From: Eledone cirrhosa
Taxonomy: Eukaryota
Assembly: GCA_964016885.1 (NCBI GenBank)
Contig: OZ024756.1
Span: 31,310,001-31,374,000 of the forward strand
DNA: 64,000 nucleotides
Direction: 5' to 3'
Part shown: one piece after another, positions 59,249 through 64,000 of the stretch
Layout: each line of letters starts with the position of its first letter
Position numbering within the stretch: the stretch's first letter is position 1
Position numbers and translations under genes: made by a program
Notes under the pieces: model-generated
What the model was told of the DNA's origin: nothing
Database searches by the model: none
The model's input: the letters and a program-made list of their open reading frames with translations, nothing else

Positions 59249-60222
59249 CAGTTTATTGGGGATACGATTTGTAGTACCTTGCTATGAATGAGGACAGATT
59301 TGATTTGACAGGTCTTTGATGTAAATAATGTTGTCTGAGTCCCGTTCAGCATAGTTGATACCTGACTGGTATATTAGGAAAGGAAAGAAGAGCAACGATT
59401 GTTGGATCGGACTAAGTAAACAATCTTTCTGATAGTCTTTCTGTTGTTGATACTAATTACCTATTCGTGAAATTACCAACATGTTGCTGAGCATTTCACA
59501 GGCATGTTTCACTCTTAACGTAATTCTCATGGAGATTCAATGTGACACAATGTGTGACAACTCATTTTTAACAGTTAAGTGGACAAGAACAACGAAAACT
59601 GAAGTGCCTTGCTCAAGAATACAACGCGCTGCCGTGAATTGAACTCAAAACCTTACGATTGTGAAACGAACACCTTAACCATTACCCCCACGCACTTATA
59701 TATATATAAGCCATCCACATATATATATATTCGTACACAAATGAACGCGCACACACACAGAGTCACACACACAATCACATGCACACAAACTCACACGCAC
59801 ACATCTACATGCACAATGACTTGTTTCGGAAGAAAATATAAATCCTAAACTTCACAAAAATCTTTGTTTAATTCTAGGCTTTACCTCTGAATCGACCCGG
59901 ACTGTCGGCGATTGATGAGGCTAGAAGCAATAGGCTAGCATTTTCATTAACACCATGTCGATAGCAAAAGTAAAAAAAAAAAGCAGTTAAAACAAAATGG
60001 CGTTGGTGGGATAAATCGATAACGCATTTCCTGTTTAATTTCTTGATAGGTAAACCTTTGTACAGCTGTTCATTAATCTAAACAGTAGGCGGAAGGAAGA
60101 TCTGCCTTGTCTAGGTCTTCCTGTCTTGTCTTCTGCTATTGATATCTCTTTCTCCCTCTCCCTCTCTTTCTCCCTCTCTCTCTCTCTTTCTCCCTCTCTC
60201 TCTCTCTCTCTCTCTCTTTCTT

Positions 60223-60271
<49 letters not shown>

Positions 60272-61035
60272 CTTTCTTTTGCATTGTCTCTTCTTTAAAC
60301 AATATCAAATCAGGCGTCCATTAGATATTTCATTCACAGCGTTCTAGTGTAAAATACAGGCGCCATTTTGCAATGGATTATTATTGTTGTATTAAAGCCG
60401 AAGAAATCGAAACGTTTCGTTGTCGCCATCGATGTTTCCTTTCAACAAGATAACGGACATTTCTGCCCATTTCATTTTCCGTTTAGTCTTCACTTTCTTT
60501 CTCTATTCTTTTCTCTTCATTTTCTTTGACTCATTTATAACAAATTCCTATTAGTTTAATATCAGAAAGGAACCACTGGATGATTTAGCATTCGACAGAA
60601 TCGTTCAAAACGTCAGACATAATGCCTTGCAGTATTTATTAAGTTAAGTGACAAAATCACAAAGACTTTAGGGTGTTGGTATTTGTATCGGTACACTACA
60701 CTTTGTTTTCAAATCCTGCCAATGTTAGCATTGATTTTCATCCTTTCTAAATCGATAATTAAAAAGATGAAATGCCAAAATTATTAGAGAATCTAGACGC
60801 TTTGCAGTATTTGATCCATAATTGTACATTCTTAGTTCAAATTCCGACTCTTTCTGTCAAGCATTACGACTGGCAGATAGTATCATCGATGGAAAGATGA
60901 ATGGAAACACTGGTTTCTTGGTCCAATCTATCGATCAGCTCAATTGCTTTTCTTTCTTTCAATTTTTATTTTTCGGTCCGTTCTTAATTTCAAACACCAT
61001 ATTTCATCTCAAGTATTTTTGAATCTCATTCTTTC

Positions 61036-61209
61036 AGAGGTTGCTGCTGTTGCTGTTGTGTTGTCCTCGCGTTCTTCTGCTCCAGGGCGCGCGATCTTAT
61101 GAAACTATGACAAACCTTCATTAGATGGTAGTTGGATTTCATGGGTCTCAGGTTGTCTTGTGGCACTATGGTTCTGCACCAGGATAGTTCATCTCCAAGA
61201 CGCAGCATG
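61036..61209 (-). mobile_element. Possible LINE 3' end remnant with (CAA/CAG) tail
   Basis: GC-richer island; minus frame ends ...HSFIRSRALEQKNARTTQQQ, loosely RTE-like. Confidence 0.3.
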
Positions 61210-62136
61210 GGTGATTTTGTTTATTTTATTTGTTGACGACAATCAGTGCATTGGGGTAATTACTGGCCTTGTGCCAAAAGGTAAAAACCATTATTTTACG
61301 AATGTGAACTTCCTTACCAGGGCTATAAAATTCTAACTTCATTATTTTTAGTAGAAATAACTATATACAAACGGAGTTAATGTGACATTTGTTGGGATTT
61401 TAAGAGTATAATCTTGAAGTAGTAAAATCCTTTACTTGAATGTCGTGAACTCTGGGATCACATTAATCATTTATTTATTTATCTATTTATATATTTATTT
61501 AATCAACTGAAGCGTCCGTGTAAAACTAGCAAGCCATGACAGACAGAGAAAGCTATCGAATACCCTTGTTTAAGAGAAGAAAAACTATAATGGGGAAACA
61601 AATAAAGAAGAGTTTCTGTTGTTAAATCTTTTTGTAACCTCCATTAATTCGAAGGTTTTATTTATGGTTGGTGGATCCTTTATAATAAATTACACCTCGT
61701 ACATCGGTAGGTTTTTTAAGGCCTATCTAAAAATGTTCAACATGGTTATTACAATATGTAATTTTTTTAGAAAATAAACGTAGTTTTCTATATTTTAACT
61801 TTATTTTATTACTATTTTCAATATATTTAACTTAAGATAAATATATTGCCCACCATTATTGACAACACAGTTAGTTACTCTACTAATATGATATGCACGT
61901 TTATTAGAGCTATCAATTCACTGAAGAATCGGTCCTTGAATTTTTTTTACCCTAATAAAATTCTATATAGATTTTGAAGAAATATAACCCTTCCTCTAAG
62001 CAGTAAATTATTTTGGCTTTATGTTTTGTTTCTTCTTCTTGGAATACGAAGTCGTTATTTCCATCAAGGAGTGTTATCTGCTTCCATTGAATAAATATGG
62101 AAATATGTTTGTCAATGGGGAAGGTGAGGGCCATGC

Positions 62137-62209
<73 letters not shown>

Positions 62210-62304
62210 TATACATATACATATATATGAGAGTGTGTGAATACCTGTCTGTGAATATGTGTATTGAAGTCAAATTACTAATGTAAATAAATAAATTTAA
62301 AAAA

Positions 62305-62335
<31 letters not shown>

Positions 62336-62427
62336 GAGAGAGAGAGATAGAAACACAGAGAGAGAGGGAGAGATAGAGAGAAAGAGAGGTACATGTGTGT
62401 ATATATACATATGTATCTATATATATA

Positions 62428-62458
<31 letters not shown>

Positions 62459-62479
62459 GTGTGTATGTGTATATATATA

Positions 62480-62524
<45 letters not shown>

Positions 62525-62536
62525 ATATATACAGAC

Positions 62537-62587
<51 letters not shown>

Positions 62588-62702
62588 ATAAACAAAATAT
62601 TATTAGGCATATTTTGTATAATTTGTTTATGTATTAAGTCGGGAGAAAATGTCTCTTGATATTGATTTTCAATTTACTTTGACTATCTCTCCGCTTCATG
62701 TC

Positions 62703-62734
<32 letters not shown>

Positions 62735-63061
62735 ATGTGTGTGTGTGTGTGTGTGTGTGCGTGTGTGTGTCTGTGTGTGTGTCTGTGTGTCTGTGAGTCT
62801 GTGTGCCTGTGTATGTGTGTCTGTGTGTGTAGATATCTGTGTGTGTTGTGGGGGTTGTGTGCCTGACTTTCAAGAGCCTTGATAAGAAAGCAAAATACCT
62901 TATCTTCACTGGCATATCGCAAAACCCATATTTTTAGACATACTTTAAAGATAAACAACTAATAAACCAACAAGCCAACAAGAAATGGAATATAAATATA
63001 TATATATATTCCTTCCATATACTGTGTACCGATTGTCTTGTTATTTCTCTTTACCTTTTAC

Positions 63062-63121
<60 letters not shown>

Positions 63122-63122
63122 T

Positions 63123-63232
<110 letters not shown>

Positions 63233-63321
63233 ATTACATATATATATACATTTACATCAATATATATATATACATTTACATATATATATATATATATTTA
63301 CATATATATATATATATATAC

Positions 63322-63379
<58 letters not shown>

Positions 63380-63380
63380 T

Positions 63381-63493
<113 letters not shown>

Positions 63494-63509
63494 TTACATA
63501 TATATATGC

Positions 63510-63575
<66 letters not shown>

Positions 63576-64000
63576 GTATATAAATGTATAAATGTATAAA
63601 TGTATAGAAATAAAATACAATACAATAGTGTCTAACATGAACATTTTAAATGGCTGCTTTTACTTGCACAGTAATATAAGTAATTCTCATACTGCTAAAT
63701 CCCCAACACTGACAGCACCAAAGGGAAACAACCCAGAAATCAAGCAATAAAGATATAAAAAGTATATATCATGATTGTCATTTAACCAACGAATCGAGCA
63801 GCTGTAAAAAGAATTACCATGTAGAAAATCAATACAAAGTAATCATTTTTTTTATATACGAAAAAGCTTTAAGGAGAAAAAAGACACTCCTTAACGTAGT
63901 CGTCTGTTTTTATGTATTTTTGGTATGTTTTTTGAGTGTATGTGTGTGTATGTGTGTTTTTTTAGCTTTTAAGATGTCTATCTTAGTTTCGGAAGGAAGA

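Overview
Very AT-rich, microsatellite-saturated metazoan DNA. The SINE families and (TA)n density point to an octopus or other coleoid cephalopod; this is an inference. There is no intact protein-coding gene, and nearly all listed ORFs are translations of simple repeats. Two short minus-strand exon candidates (15141-15176 and 298-344) suggest that part of the window is intronic. Recognisable content: ~25 tRNA-headed Nin-domain SINE copies (several in head-to-tail arrays), CORE-type SINE pieces, Tx1/L1 and RTE LINE remnants, a non-autonomous RTE element with a twister-like remnant, a mariner-type MITE, a tRNA-Ser(AGA) pseudogene and a 35-bp minisatellite. The most striking pattern is a population of short non-coding fold-back insertions beside (TA)n tracts. 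They carry minimal type I hammerhead ribozyme motifs, usually with a palindromic helix III, from about 8-10 sequence families, and look like non-autonomous Penelope-like pLTR elements. In one family the fold-back hinge recurs at ribozyme helix II and the short arm ends at an almost fixed base. All structures were folded by eye; no ribozyme activity or database match has been verified.
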